Below are positions 1 through 10,079 of a stretch of DNA of 64,000 nt, piece after piece. Every line of letters begins with the position of its first letter. The stretch's first letter is position 1. The stretch spans positions 13,893-77,892 of the forward strand of contig WVZL01000032.1 of the NCBI GenBank assembly GCA_011772495.1, given 5' to 3'. The DNA comes from Candidatus Aminicenantes bacterium (lineage in GTDB: Bacteria > Acidobacteriota > Aminicenantia > Aminicenantales > Aminicenantaceae). Position numbers and translations under genes: made by a program. The notes beneath the pieces were generated by a model. That model had not been told where the DNA came from, searched no databases, and saw only the letters and a program-made list of their open reading frames with translations.

Positions 1-967
1 TGGATCCACCCTTTAACCCTCCACAGAAATCAACGGCCTCTTTGAAGGATGTTCCCAGACGCACCAGAAGATTCTTGGGCTCTTTTATGCCTGGGCCAGA
101 AACAGTGATAGCCCTCTGGTAGAGGGGAATGCCCTGACTCACTGCCTCCCAGACCGCTTTGGTAGTGCCCACGTTCTGGACCATGACTCCCACATCAAAG
201 GGAAGGCCTCCCCTTGGGACTTCTCTTTGGAGAAGGGCAGAAATGAGGTTTTTTTCAGCTCCTTGAGGATATTTTGTTTTCAAAAGCACGATTTCCGCCC
301 TAGTATTTTGAGCACATTTTCTTAGGGCTTCAAAGGCACTCCGTTTGTTATCCTCGATTCCTACCAGGAGCCTGTTGGCTCCGGTGGCTTTACAGATGAT
401 TTCGGCGCCTTTGAGAATATCTTCCGGGAACTCTAGCATCAGCCGATAATCTGCGGTGAGGATGGGTTCGCATTCACATCCGTTGATGATGATGGTGTCG
501 ATGGGTTTATCTTTGGGAGGGGTGAGTTTGACCGAGGTGGGAAAAGCCGCTCCTCCGAGCCCAACTATTCCGGCCTCCTTGACTTTCTCGCGGATCTCTT
601 CAGGACTCAGGGAGATAGGGTCTTTTGTCTCTTTCTCTGGAAACAGGGAACGGTCTGCGCCGTCATTGGCTATTGTCACTGCGGGAACCATATTGCCTCC
701 GGGATGGAGGTAGTGGTCAACGGCCAGCACTTTTCCCGAGACACTGGAATGAACAGAGGCCGAGAAAAGAGTCTTGCCCTCGCCGATTTTTTGGCCAAGA
801 CTCACTTCATCTCCTTTGTTGACCAAAGGCTCGGCCGGGCTCCCGAAATGCTGGAGGAGGGGGATGAAGACTTTTTCGGGGGGTGGCATGGTCTCGAGAG
901 GCTTATCAGCAGTTAATTGTTTTGATTCGTCAGGATGAATACCGTGGGGGAAAGTTTTTGTTCTCAT
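1..967 (-). CDS. rnfC: Rnf electron transport complex subunit C (5' part; runs off the window start)
   Basis: Not in the ORF track. Manual translation from ATG at 967 gives MRTKTFPHGIHPDESKQLTADKPLETMPPPKKVFIPLLQHFGSPAEPLV..., later GIVGLGGAAFPTSVKL and IINGCECEPILTADYRLM, which are RnfC/RsxC motifs. Confidence 0.93.
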   Translation of the reverse strand, partial: MRTKTFPHGIHPDESKQLTADKPLETMPPPEKVFIPLLQHFGSPAEPLVNKGDEVSLGQKIGEGKTLFSASVHSSVSGKVLAVDHYLHPGGNMVPAVTIANDGADRSLFPEKETKDPISLSPEEIREKVKEAGIVGLGGAAFPTSVKLTPPKDKPIDTIIINGCECEPILTADYRLMLEFPEDILKGAEIICKATGANRLLVGIEDNKRSAFEALRKCAQNTRAEIVLLKTKYPQGAEKNLISALLQREVPRGGLPFDVGVMVQNVGTTKAVWEAVSQGIPLYQRAITVSGPGIKEPKNLLVRLGTSFKEAVDFCGGLKGGS

Positions 968-1126
968 CGTGTTTAAAGGCGCCGCCTAAAAAATAGGTTT
1001 AAGTTTATAAATTGTGTTATAAAATTGTCAACCTTGAAAAATAGAAGGCAACACATTTTTTTCTTCTTTTTATTGATTTTTCAGTGCCACCTGGGATAAG
1101 GTTTAGGCGCGTATTAGAGGGCGGAG

Positions 1127-2257
1127 GTGATAATGGCCCTAGAAATAAGAGAAGCTAAGGATCGAAAGGATCTGAGAACGTTCATTTACCTGCCTGAGAA
1201 AATTCATGCCAACCATGAGAATTGGGTGCATCCTATTTATATGGATGAATGGAGTTATTTTAATCCCCAAAAGAACAAGGCCTTTGCCTATTGCGACACC
1301 ATTCTCCTGCTGGCTTTCAGGGAGGGAAAGCCAGTCGGCCGGATCATGGGCATCATAAATTCTCGCTATAATGAGCAGAGAAAGGAAAAGACAGCGCGCT
1401 TTGCCTGTCTTGAAACCTGGGAAGACAAAGACGTGGTTCACGCTCTTTTGAGCCAGGTGGAGGAATGGGCTCGCCAAAAGGGCATGACCAGGATTATCGG
1501 TCCTTACGGATTTTCTGACCAGGACCCCGAAGGCTTTATCATCGAAGGTTTTGAGAATCGCGCCACCATTGCCACCTATTATAATTTTGAGTGGATGCCT
1601 TCTTTGGTCGAAGAAGAAGGATACACCAAAGATGTCGACTATTTTGTTTATAAGCTCGAAGTGCCCAAGGAAATCCCTGAGTTTTACAAAAAGATTTACG
1701 AGCGGATCAAGAGGAGAGGGAAGTTTGAAATTGTGGAATTCAGGAAGCGAAAAGAGCTGAAGCCCTGGATAATTCCTGTTCTGACCCTAATGAATGAATG
1801 CTATACCGGAAGCAATATTTACGGTTATGCTCCCCTGGATGAGAAGGAGATGAGTGATTTGGCAAAAAAGTACATGCCTGTTCTAGACCCGAGATTTGTA
1901 AAGGCGGTGGCAAGCGAGAAGGAGGTGGTGGGTTTTATAGTCGGGATTCCTGATATGACTGAAGGTATTCAGAAAGCGCGGGGACGCCTCTTGCCCTTCG
2001 GCTTCTTAAAAATTTTAAGAGCGAGCAAGAAGACTAAACAGCTCGACCTTCTCCTGGGGGCCATTAAGGAGAAGTATCGGGGGATGGGAGTTGATGTGCT
2101 TATGGGCGTGAAGACGATACTCTCGGCTCATGAGGCGGGCTTAGAAGTCATTGATACTCATCATGAGCTGGAGTCGAACGTAAAAGTTAGAGCTGAAATG
2201 GAAAGAATGGGGGGAAAGCTCTATAAGCGCTTCCGGGTTTATCAGAAGAAACTGTAA
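1127..2257 (+). CDS. GNAT-fold N-acyltransferase, YghO/bacterial ceramide synthase-like family
   Basis: 376 aa with family-like motifs FIYLPEKIH..NWVHP, FNPQKNKAF, PVGRI, WARQKGMTRIIGP and C-terminal LYKRFRVYQKKL. Confidence 0.7.
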   Translation: MIMALEIREAKDRKDLRTFIYLPEKIHANHENWVHPIYMDEWSYFNPQKNKAFAYCDTILLLAFREGKPVGRIMGIINSRYNEQRKEKTARFACLETWEDKDVVHALLSQVEEWARQKGMTRIIGPYGFSDQDPEGFIIEGFENRATIATYYNFEWMPSLVEEEGYTKDVDYFVYKLEVPKEIPEFYKKIYERIKRRGKFEIVEFRKRKELKPWIIPVLTLMNECYTGSNIYGYAPLDEKEMSDLAKKYMPVLDPRFVKAVASEKEVVGFIVGIPDMTEGIQKARGRLLPFGFLKILRASKKTKQLDLLLGAIKEKYRGMGVDVLMGVKTILSAHEAGLEVIDTHHELESNVKVRAEMERMGGKLYKRFRVYQKKL

Positions 2258-2258
2258 C

Positions 2259-4934
2259 CTATTTTCCTTCGGCCCAGTTGATCCCCCATCCCAGATGAAC
2301 CTTGAGGGGAACCTTTAGAGGGAAAGCTTTCTCCATTTTCTTTTTGACCAGCTTTTCCAGCTCATCTCTCTCTCCATCCGGCACTTCGAAAACCAGTTCG
2401 TCGTGAACCTGGAGGATCATCTTCGATTTAAGTTTTCGCTTTTTTAGTTCTTTCCAGATCTCGATCATGGCTTTTTTCATGAGATCTGCAGCAGTTCCTT
2501 GAATAGGTGTGTTCAGCGCAATCCGGCGCCCTGCTTGTTGGGTCATTTTATCAGCCTGCATTAGCTCTGGAACCTGTCTTTTTCTTCCGAACAGAGTTTC
2601 AGAGAATCCCTTTTCTTGAGCATCCTTGACTTTCGTTTCCAGGAACTCATGGACCTTTGGGTATTTCACAAAATAACGGTCGATAAAATCTTGAGCTTCT
2701 GAGACAGAAGTCCCCAGTTCTCTGGCCAGGGAATAAGCAGAAGCTCCGTAAATGATACTGAAGTTGATGACCTTGGCCCTTCTTCGCTGCTCTTCCTCAA
2801 AGAGCAAAGAATCCCCGCCGAAGACCCGCTGGGCTGTATCTTGGTGGATATCATGGTCTTCAAGAAAGGATTCTCTCAAGGCGGGGTCTTCGGAGAGATG
2901 AGCCAAGACCCTCAGTTCTATCTGGGAATAGTCAGCCGCGAGGAAGAGGTGTCCTGAATCGGGTATGAATGCCTGGCGGAATCTCAGTCCCAGCTCTCCG
3001 CGGGCTGGGATGTTCTGGAGGTTCGGGTCGCTGCTCGAGAGCCGGCCGGTAGCGGCGACCGTCTGGTTGTAAGAAGTATGAATCCTTCCTGTCTCAGGAT
3101 TGATGAGGAGAGGAAGAGCATCCGCATAGGATGATTTTAGCTTGGCCAGCTGTCTGTATTCCAGGACGTCCTTGGCTATCGGAAAATTGTGAGCTAAATC
3201 CTGAAGAATATGGACCGCCGTGGAGTATCCTTTTGTCCTCTTGGTCCTCCTTGAGGCGGGGAGTTTCATTTTATTGAACAAGACATCTGCTAGCTGTTGG
3301 GGGGAGTTGATGTTGAATTCTTCGCCGCTGGCCGCGTGGATTTTCTTCTTTAAATGCTTGAGCTCTGCGCTTAGCTCTGAGGATAGATTTTCTAAAGCTT
3401 TAGTATCAATCTTAACGCCCCATGTTTCCATGTCTGCCAATACTTCGATCAGCGGGAGCTCGATCTCCTGGTAGAGCTTCTCCAATTTTTCCTTTTTGAC
3501 TCTGGGCCTGAGAAGGAGACTGAGCTGTAGAGCTAAATCAGCATCCTGGCAAGCATAAGGAGCGACTTTTTCGATAGCAACCTTGTCAATGGTCACTTCT
3601 TTCTTGCCGGAACCGACAATATCCTTGTAAGCGATAGCTTTGACTTGGAGATAGTTCGAAGCCAAAGCGTTAAGGTTGTGCTTTCCCCAGTTCGGCTCCA
3701 GCAGGTAAGAGAGGATCATGGTATCTGATTCTAAACCTTGAAGCAGAATTCCTTCTCTTCCTAGGACGATGTAATCATATTTAATATTCTGGCCAACTTT
3801 TTTTATCTTGGAGTCGCCAAGGATTTCTTTAAGAAAGCGGAAAGCCGTGCCTGCTGGGATTTGACTGGGGGCTCCTTCATAGTCATGCCGAAGGGGAAGA
3901 TAGTAGGCATGGTGGGGTTTTATTGAAAAAGAGAGCCCGACTAAGCGAGCTTGGGTGGGTAAAGGACTGTCGGTTTCAGTGTCTAGAGATACGCGTTTGG
4001 CTTCCTTTATCCTGGTTATAAGCCTTTTCAGCTGTGTTTCCTGGTATATGACTTCGTATTTTTTTTTGGCATTTTTCTTCTCTTGCAAGTAGTCTGACAG
4101 CATGGATGAAAATTCTAATTCTTTGAAAAGCTTGGTGATTTCCTCATAATTGGGTTCGGTCAGGCGAAGTGCTTCCAGGTTGAAGTCTAAGTCCAGTTCT
4201 CTTTCGATGGTGACCAGCGTCTTGCTCAATTCCAGCTTATCCAGGTTCTGTTCAATTTTTTCTTTCAAACGAGGATTTCTCATTCTGTCCAGGGATTGAA
4301 GTAGCTTTTTCAGGGATCCGTACTCGTTGATGAGGGCCTTGGAAGTTTTTTCGCCAATCCCTGGTACTCCTGGAATATTGTCTGAAGGATCTCCCCACAG
4401 GGCGAGGACATCAATCACTTGAGAGGGGGAAACCCCGAAAAATTCCTTGACCTTTTTTTCATCAAGATAGATCTCTTTAGAAGGGTTGAACACGGTTGTG
4501 GTTTTGTTGACCAGCTGAAAAAGGTCTTTGTCTGTGGTCACCAGGACAGAATGAATTTCTTGAGAAGAGGCTTTACGGGCCAAGCTTCCCAAAATATCGT
4601 CAGCTTCGTATCTCTCGTATTCAAAACAGGGGATGTTTAAGGCCATTATGACTTTCTTGAGAACCGGAACTTGAGCCTCCAAATCCTCTGGCATGGGTTT
4701 GCGGTGGGCCTTGTAGTCTTTGAAGGCTGAATGTCGGACTGTTGGGCCCTTGACATCAAAAACAATTCCCAAGTACTGAGGTTTCTGTTTATCGATCAGC
4801 TTCTTGAGCATATTAACGAATCCATAGACAGCATTAGTGGGAAAGCCTTTAGAAGTGGAGAGGCGTTGAATTGCGTAATAAGACCGATACAGGAGAGAAT
4901 TTCCGTCGATTAGAAAAAGCTTCTTCGTCTTCAC
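2259..4934 (-). CDS. polA: DNA polymerase I
   Basis: 5'-3' exonuclease start LIDGNSLLYRSYY, 3'-5' exonuclease DTET, polymerase motifs TGRLSSSDPNLQNIP, DYSQIELRVLAH, LQVHDEL. GTG start. Confidence 0.99.
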   Translation of the reverse strand: MKTKKLFLIDGNSLLYRSYYAIQRLSTSKGFPTNAVYGFVNMLKKLIDKQKPQYLGIVFDVKGPTVRHSAFKDYKAHRKPMPEDLEAQVPVLKKVIMALNIPCFEYERYEADDILGSLARKASSQEIHSVLVTTDKDLFQLVNKTTTVFNPSKEIYLDEKKVKEFFGVSPSQVIDVLALWGDPSDNIPGVPGIGEKTSKALINEYGSLKKLLQSLDRMRNPRLKEKIEQNLDKLELSKTLVTIERELDLDFNLEALRLTEPNYEEITKLFKELEFSSMLSDYLQEKKNAKKKYEVIYQETQLKRLITRIKEAKRVSLDTETDSPLPTQARLVGLSFSIKPHHAYYLPLRHDYEGAPSQIPAGTAFRFLKEILGDSKIKKVGQNIKYDYIVLGREGILLQGLESDTMILSYLLEPNWGKHNLNALASNYLQVKAIAYKDIVGSGKKEVTIDKVAIEKVAPYACQDADLALQLSLLLRPRVKKEKLEKLYQEIELPLIEVLADMETWGVKIDTKALENLSSELSAELKHLKKKIHAASGEEFNINSPQQLADVLFNKMKLPASRRTKRTKGYSTAVHILQDLAHNFPIAKDVLEYRQLAKLKSSYADALPLLINPETGRIHTSYNQTVAATGRLSSSDPNLQNIPARGELGLRFRQAFIPDSGHLFLAADYSQIELRVLAHLSEDPALRESFLEDHDIHQDTAQRVFGGDSLLFEEEQRRRAKVINFSIIYGASAYSLARELGTSVSEAQDFIDRYFVKYPKVHEFLETKVKDAQEKGFSETLFGRKRQVPELMQADKMTQQAGRRIALNTPIQGTAADLMKKAMIEIWKELKKRKLKSKMILQVHDELVFEVPDGERDELEKLVKKKMEKAFPLKVPLKVHLGWGINWAEGK

Positions 4935-4939
4935 AAAGA

Positions 4940-5578
4940 TTAGGCTTGGATGAGGGGAATCTTAATCTCTTCTGTTTTAAACCCTTGTTTTTCAGCTTTA
5001 ATGGAAAGGGTGAATTTCTTGCCCGGAAATTCTGGAATGGGAAAGCCGAGCATGAGCTTCCCGGCTTCATCTGTATAGCCATCAAAAAGGATGTATTCTT
5101 TATCGATTTCTGTAATGGCTCGAGCCGTGACTTGGGAAAAAGACACGGGCTGGGAGGGAGAGATAACTCTGACTTCTAAAGAAAAACTTAAAGGCTCGGA
5201 TGAGGAAGGAAGGGAGAGCTGAACGAGATTTATTTCGAGAGCACCTTTTTCCGTTTGTGCCTTTTCTTGAGCGGGGTTGGAACTGAGGGAGTCTTGAGGT
5301 GCCTCCTTTGGTTTTTCAGGAAGGCTCAGGTACTGATCACATTTTCCCCCAGAGATTTCATGAATGAGCACCAGATGCTGCTTTTTCATGAGTTGAAGAA
5401 ACTGTTGTTTGAAATCAGGTTTGTTGATAAGGGAGTGATAAGGAGTTTTACGCGAATAAAGGGTTTTTCCCGCTTTGTAGATGAGAGATTCGATATATTT
5501 AGCGCTTTCTCCCTTGTCCTGGGTTTGGAGGTGGAGAGAAAGTCCTTTGTATTTGATTTGAGTGTTAATACCGGGCAT
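4940..5578 (-). CDS. Hypothetical protein directly upstream of polA
   Basis: 212-aa ORF with GAGGA before the ATG, ending 5 nt before polA. N-terminal GINTQI..HLQTQDKG..IESLIY domain, low-complexity linker, beta-rich C-terminus. Confidence 0.75.
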   Translation of the reverse strand: MPGINTQIKYKGLSLHLQTQDKGESAKYIESLIYKAGKTLYSRKTPYHSLINKPDFKQQFLQLMKKQHLVLIHEISGGKCDQYLSLPEKPKEAPQDSLSSNPAQEKAQTEKGALEINLVQLSLPSSSEPLSFSLEVRVISPSQPVSFSQVTARAITEIDKEYILFDGYTDEAGKLMLGFPIPEFPGKKFTLSIKAEKQGFKTEEIKIPLIQA

Positions 5579-5671
5579 TTTCCTCAGATTCTAGCACGAT
5601 TAATTTCCCCTTTATTATACACGTCCCCTCAAAGATAGCAAGAACTTAAAGATTTGGGCTTTCAAAATATA

Positions 5672-5804
5672 GGGGACGGTTCTATTTTTTCTGAGAAACG
5701 GGATCAGAGTTTATTGTGAATCGTTCTCCAATGTATGAAAACAAGTCTAGCTCTTATAACAATGACAAAGTCTTATTCCGTGTGAAAAAGATAGAACCGT
5801 CCCC
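5672..5804. repeat. MITE/REP-like element, family GGGGACNGTTCTAT (133 bp)
   Basis: Perfect 14-bp inverted repeat GGGGACGGTTCTAT (5672-5685) / ATAGAACCGTCCCC (5791-5804) around an AT-rich non-coding core. Confidence 0.75.
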
Positions 5805-5970
5805 AAAAAATTAAAAAAGCAGGCCCGTCCATACTCACGGGTATTCAGTTTGAGATTTTGCTACGCGCTGAATCGGGTGAAGGCCATGACAGAGAAAAAA
5901 GAAGACTGACCTCTGGCAAGGGTCGAGGAGCCTCTCAAAAAATGTCATTTTAGACTTAGCAGGAGGATTA

Positions 5971-5998
5971 TTGACAAAGGAAGGCGAGATGTTATAAT
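5971..5998 (+). promoter_or_regulatory. sigma70-type promoter of the yceD-rpmF-fab operon
   Basis: TTGACA (5971-5976), 16-bp spacer, extended TGn, TATAAT (5993-5998). Confidence 0.8.
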
Positions 5999-6023
5999 AA
6001 TGTGAATTCTTCAGGAGAGAAAA

Positions 6024-6542
6024 ATGCTGATAAACGTGGATAAATTGCCCCGGGAAGGCTTGAAGGTTTCGAGAGATTTCGAGTTTTCCAGCCTTGACCT
6101 GGTGGAAGAGAATGCGGTATTCCTGCAGCCTGTCTGGGCTGAAATGAGCATAAACAGGATTGGAGATGAGATTCGGATTAAGGGAAAAGTAAAGACATGC
6201 TTCAGCTTTGTCTGCAGCCGTTGCTTGATGCCTTTTAAATTTCCGGTGGATTCCTCTTTTGATCTCATCTATCTTCCTGAAGAGCTTGATATACTAAAGG
6301 AAGAGTTGGGGACCGAGGATTTGAATAATTACTTCTATCGCGACCAACAGATTGATTTAAGAGAAGTGGTCTTGGAGCAGCTTAATTTGACTTTTCCAGT
6401 CAAGCCGCTTTGTTCTGAAAAATGTCAGGGCATATGCCCTGTTTGTGGAAAGAATCAAAAAGATGGAAAATGCGGATGTGTAGTCGAGGACTCTGACCCG
6501 CGTTTACAGAAACTTAAATCATTCATCAAGGACAGAAGATAA
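6024..6542 (+). CDS. yceD: DUF177/YceD family protein
   Basis: CSRCL and PVKPLCSEKCQGICPVCG motifs; usual position before rpmF. Confidence 0.93.
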   Translation: MLINVDKLPREGLKVSRDFEFSSLDLVEENAVFLQPVWAEMSINRIGDEIRIKGKVKTCFSFVCSRCLMPFKFPVDSSFDLIYLPEELDILKEELGTEDLNNYFYRDQQIDLREVVLEQLNLTFPVKPLCSEKCQGICPVCGKNQKDGKCGCVVEDSDPRLQKLKSFIKDRR

Positions 6543-6725
6543 ATGGCCAATCCAAAAAGAAGACATTCACCATCAAGAAAAGGGAAAAGGAGGGCTCATG
6601 ACGCTCTAGCCCTTCCTTCTTTATCACTTTGCGACAATTGTGGAACGCCCAAGTTGCCCCACCGGGCCTGTCCTGAATGTGGATTCTACAAAGGCAGACA
6701 GGTTATAGAGGGATCAGAAGAATAA
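6543..6725 (+). CDS. rpmF: 50S ribosomal protein L32 (zinc-ribbon type)
   Basis: MANPKRRHS..RRAH, CDNCG..PHRACPECGFY. Confidence 0.98.
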   Translation: MANPKRRHSPSRKGKRRAHDALALPSLSLCDNCGTPKLPHRACPECGFYKGRQVIEGSEE

Positions 6726-6735
6726 AGGGGAATGG

Positions 6736-7749
6736 ATGAGGATTGCTGTTGATGCTATGGGGGGGGACTTTGGTCCTCAAGTGACAGTGGAAGGGGCGGT
6801 GAAAGCTGCCCAGGAATATCAAGTTGAAGTCCTCCTTGTAGGGGCTGAGGAGCTGATAAAGAAGGAATTTTCGAAACATAAAATTTCGGAGAACAGGGCC
6901 TCTATTGTCAATGCTCCAGAGGCTATAGGCATGGGGGAAGGGATTCTTTCTTTCAGAAAGAAGAAGAATTCTTCCATTCGGGTTGGCGCTAGGCTAATAA
7001 AAGACGGCCAGGCAGATGCTTTGGTCAGCACTGGGAATACAGCTGCTGTGGTATATATCTCGAAAAAGGTTTTGGGTTCTTTGAGCGGAGTCGACAAACC
7101 CGCTCTGTCCTTGCTGATACCTAATATGAAAGGACTGACTCTTCTCTTGGATGTGGGGGCCAATGTTGATTGTCGGCCTCAGCATCTAGAGCAGTTTGCT
7201 ATCATGGGGCAGATTTTCATGGAGAATGTGCTCGAACTGAAGAATCCCAAGATCGGATTGATGAGTATAGGTGAAGAAAGCTCCAAAGGGAACGAACTCA
7301 CCAAGGAAGTGTTCGAAAAACTGAAAGCGTCCTCATTGAATTTCATCGGAAACGTTGAGGGCAAGGATATTTATTCTGGGAAAGCAGATATCATCGTTAC
7401 GGATGGATTTATTGGTAATGTGGCTCTAAAAGTGAGTGAAGGAGTTGTAGAGACTTTGTTCTATATGGTTCGGAATGAGGTGATGAAGAACTTTTTCGCT
7501 AAAATCGGTTATCTTCTTATGAAAAGAAATCTAAAGAAGATGTACAGAAAGGTAGACTATTCAGAGTATGGGGGAGCTTTACTGCTTGGATTGAACGGAG
7601 TATGCATCATCGGCCATGGGAGATCGAATGTCAATGCTGTTAAGCATGCAGTGAGGTTGGCCAAGGATTTTGTGTTGAGCAAAGCCCAGGATAAAATACA
7701 GCACGAAATGGCCAGAGTGTTCCAGGTTGGAGGGGAGGCTCAGGCTTAG
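6736..7749 (+). CDS. plsX: Phosphate acyltransferase PlsX
   Basis: RIAVDAMGGDFGP, LLDVGAN, DGFIGNVALK, IGHGRS. Confidence 0.98.
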   Translation: MRIAVDAMGGDFGPQVTVEGAVKAAQEYQVEVLLVGAEELIKKEFSKHKISENRASIVNAPEAIGMGEGILSFRKKKNSSIRVGARLIKDGQADALVSTGNTAAVVYISKKVLGSLSGVDKPALSLLIPNMKGLTLLLDVGANVDCRPQHLEQFAIMGQIFMENVLELKNPKIGLMSIGEESSKGNELTKEVFEKLKASSLNFIGNVEGKDIYSGKADIIVTDGFIGNVALKVSEGVVETLFYMVRNEVMKNFFAKIGYLLMKRNLKKMYRKVDYSEYGGALLLGLNGVCIIGHGRSNVNAVKHAVRLAKDFVLSKAQDKIQHEMARVFQVGGEAQA

Positions 7750-7751
7750 GA

Positions 7752-8492
7752 ATGAATTTTTCGGGCAAGGTGTCCCTCGTTACCGGCGCTTCTCAAGGGA
7801 TAGGCGAAGCCATCGCTACGGAGCTGGCAGGATGCGGAGCAGAGGTCGTCCTGGTTGATGTCCAGGAAGAGAAATTGAAAGAAGTCGCCAACAGAATAAA
7901 GCAAGCCAAGGGTTCAGCCTCTTTTTACAAAGCTGACATTTCTGTGCTGGAGCAAGTTCAGAAAACAGTTGAGGAAGTTCTTGAAAAACACCACAAGATT
8001 GATCACCTTGTCAATAACGCTGGAATAACTCGGGATAATCTTCTGTTGCGAATGAAAGAGGAAGAGTGGACTGCCGTCTTGGACGTTAACCTGAAAGGGG
8101 TGTTCAATTTATCCAAGGCCATCATAAGGCACATGATGGGCAATCGATACGGTCGTATCGTTAATATCTCATCGGTAGTGGGATTAATGGGAAACCCAGG
8201 TCAAACCAACTATGCAGCTTCAAAGGCGGGGGTCATCGGTTTTACTAAAGCGTTAGCCAGGGAAGTTGCTTCTCGGGGGATTACTGTTAATGCTGTGGCT
8301 CCAGGTTACATCACGACTCCCATGACAGAAACGCTTCCAGAGGCTATAAAGAATAACTTCATCGATTTGATACCCGTAAGAAGGTTTGGTACACCTGAAG
8401 AGGTCGCTCAGACAGTGAAGTTTCTCCTTCGCGATGAGGCGGCCTACATAACAGGGCAAGTCATTAATGTCAATGGCGGTTTATATATGTAG
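7752..8492 (+). CDS. fabG: 3-oxoacyl-ACP reductase
   Basis: TGASQGIG, NNAGITRD, YAASK; context next to acpP. Confidence 0.97.
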   Translation: MNFSGKVSLVTGASQGIGEAIATELAGCGAEVVLVDVQEEKLKEVANRIKQAKGSASFYKADISVLEQVQKTVEEVLEKHHKIDHLVNNAGITRDNLLLRMKEEEWTAVLDVNLKGVFNLSKAIIRHMMGNRYGRIVNISSVVGLMGNPGQTNYAASKAGVIGFTKALAREVASRGITVNAVAPGYITTPMTETLPEAIKNNFIDLIPVRRFGTPEEVAQTVKFLLRDEAAYITGQVINVNGGLYM

Positions 8493-8531
8493 GTTTTTGA
8501 TAAAAATGTCTAAGAAATGAGGAGGAAAACC

Positions 8532-8774
8532 ATGGAAAGAGAAGAATTGTTGAAAAAAGTAAGGACAATCGTTGCTGACAAACTCAGCATTAGTGAGGAT
8601 CAGATTACCGAAGAAGCTTCTTTCATCGATGACTTGGGTGCTGATTCCCTAGATACAGTAGAGCTGGTTATGGCCTTAGAAGATGAATTTGGCATGGATA
8701 TTCCTGATGAAGAGGCCGAAAAATTAACTACTGTCGGGAAGGCCCTAGACTATATTCTTGGTCATCTCTCTTAA
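8532..8774 (+). CDS. acpP: Acyl carrier protein
   Basis: [14 protein letters not shown]. Start moved to ATG 8532, which follows an AGGAGG RBS. Confidence 0.97.
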   Translation: MEREELLKKVRTIVADKLSISEDQITEEASFIDDLGADSLDTVELVMALEDEFGMDIPDEEAEKLTTVGKALDYILGHLS

Positions 8775-8786
8775 GTCAAGAATTCT

Positions 8787-10064
8787 GTGATGAACATCCC
8801 CTCTCCCCTAAAAAAATCTGTCTCGCCAAGGCGCGTCGTTATCACAGGGATTGGAATGGTGACTCCCTTGGGGATTGGAACTCAGGAGAGCTGGGCGGCC
8901 TTTCTGGAAGGAAAGAGCGGAGTCTCCTTGATCACGAAGTTTGATACTTCTCAGTTTTCATCAAAGATCGCTGCCGAGATAAAAGATTTTGACCCTCTTG
9001 ATTTTATAGAGAAAAAAGAAGTCAGAAAGATGGACTCTTTTATCCAGTATGCCATAGCGGCTTCCCAGCTGGCTGTCGAAGATTCAGGTTTGAAAAGCTC
9101 GGAGCTGGAGGGAGACAGGACAGGTGTTTATGTCGGCTCAGGGATAGGTGGCATTGGAATAATTGAAGATACCCATAAGACTCTTCTCGAGAAAGGCCCC
9201 GGTCGAGTTTCACCGTTTTTCTTGATTTCAGTCATTATCAACGAAGCCTCTGGTCAGATAGCCATAAGATTCAAAGCGCAAGGGCCGAATTCGGCTACGG
9301 CCACGGCCTGCACGACCAGCACTCATGCTATCGGGGATTCCTTCCGGATCATAGCTCGGGGTGAAGCCGATACCATGCTGGCAGGAGGTTCAGAGGCTCC
9401 CCTTACCCCCCTTGGAGTTTCTGGTTTCTGCGCCATGCGAGCTCTTTCTTTGCGGAACCATGAACCTGAAAAGGCCTCCCGTCCCTTTGATGCCGAGCGC
9501 GATGGGTTTGTGATGGGAGAAGGAGCCGGAGTCCTTGTCTTAGAAGAGCTCGAAAAGGCTCTAAAGCGGGGAGCCAGAATATATGCGGAAGTGGTCGGGT
9601 ACGGAATGAGCGGAGATGCCTACCATGTTTCTGCTCCTTCTCTAGACGGAGATGGTGCCTTTCGTGTCATGCAGAGGGCACTGGAGGATGCTGGTATCTC
9701 ACCCGAAGAAGTGAATTATATCAATGCTCATGGCACTTCGACACCTTATAACGACAAGATCGAGACCTTAGCCATCCGAAGACTCTTTGGGGATCATTCT
9801 GGGAAGATCGGGGTAAATTCGACGAAGTCCATGACCGGGCATCTCCTGGGAGCTGCGGGGGGAGTAGAAGCAGGTATCACAGCCCTCGCCCTGAAACACC
9901 AGATCATGCCTCCGACCATTAATTATGAGAATCCTGATCCTGAGTGTGATTTGGATTATGTCCCGAATAAAGCTCGAAAAACAGAAATGAATTATGCCTT
10001 AAGCAATTCTTTCGGGTTTGGAGGCACGAATGGCGCTCTTCTCCTGAAGAGGCATGAGGAATAG
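8787..10064 (+). CDS. fabF: Beta-ketoacyl-ACP synthase II
   Basis: RRVVITGIG, catalytic TAC, NAHGTST, TGHLLGAAG, SNSFGFGGTN. Confidence 0.97.
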   Translation: MMNIPSPLKKSVSPRRVVITGIGMVTPLGIGTQESWAAFLEGKSGVSLITKFDTSQFSSKIAAEIKDFDPLDFIEKKEVRKMDSFIQYAIAASQLAVEDSGLKSSELEGDRTGVYVGSGIGGIGIIEDTHKTLLEKGPGRVSPFFLISVIINEASGQIAIRFKAQGPNSATATACTTSTHAIGDSFRIIARGEADTMLAGGSEAPLTPLGVSGFCAMRALSLRNHEPEKASRPFDAERDGFVMGEGAGVLVLEELEKALKRGARIYAEVVGYGMSGDAYHVSAPSLDGDGAFRVMQRALEDAGISPEEVNYINAHGTSTPYNDKIETLAIRRLFGDHSGKIGVNSTKSMTGHLLGAAGGVEAGITALALKHQIMPPTINYENPDPECDLDYVPNKARKTEMNYALSNSFGFGGTNGALLLKRHEE

Positions 10065-10079
10065 AAACAACACATAAGC

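Noticed and set aside
456..916. Plus-strand ORFs in the track
   Set aside because: Antisense shadows of rnfC.
1003..1031. Rex operator at the rnfC promoter
   Set aside because: An AT-rich palindrome (TTTATAA-N6-TTATAAA) is present but does not fit TTGTGAA-N4-TTCACAA.
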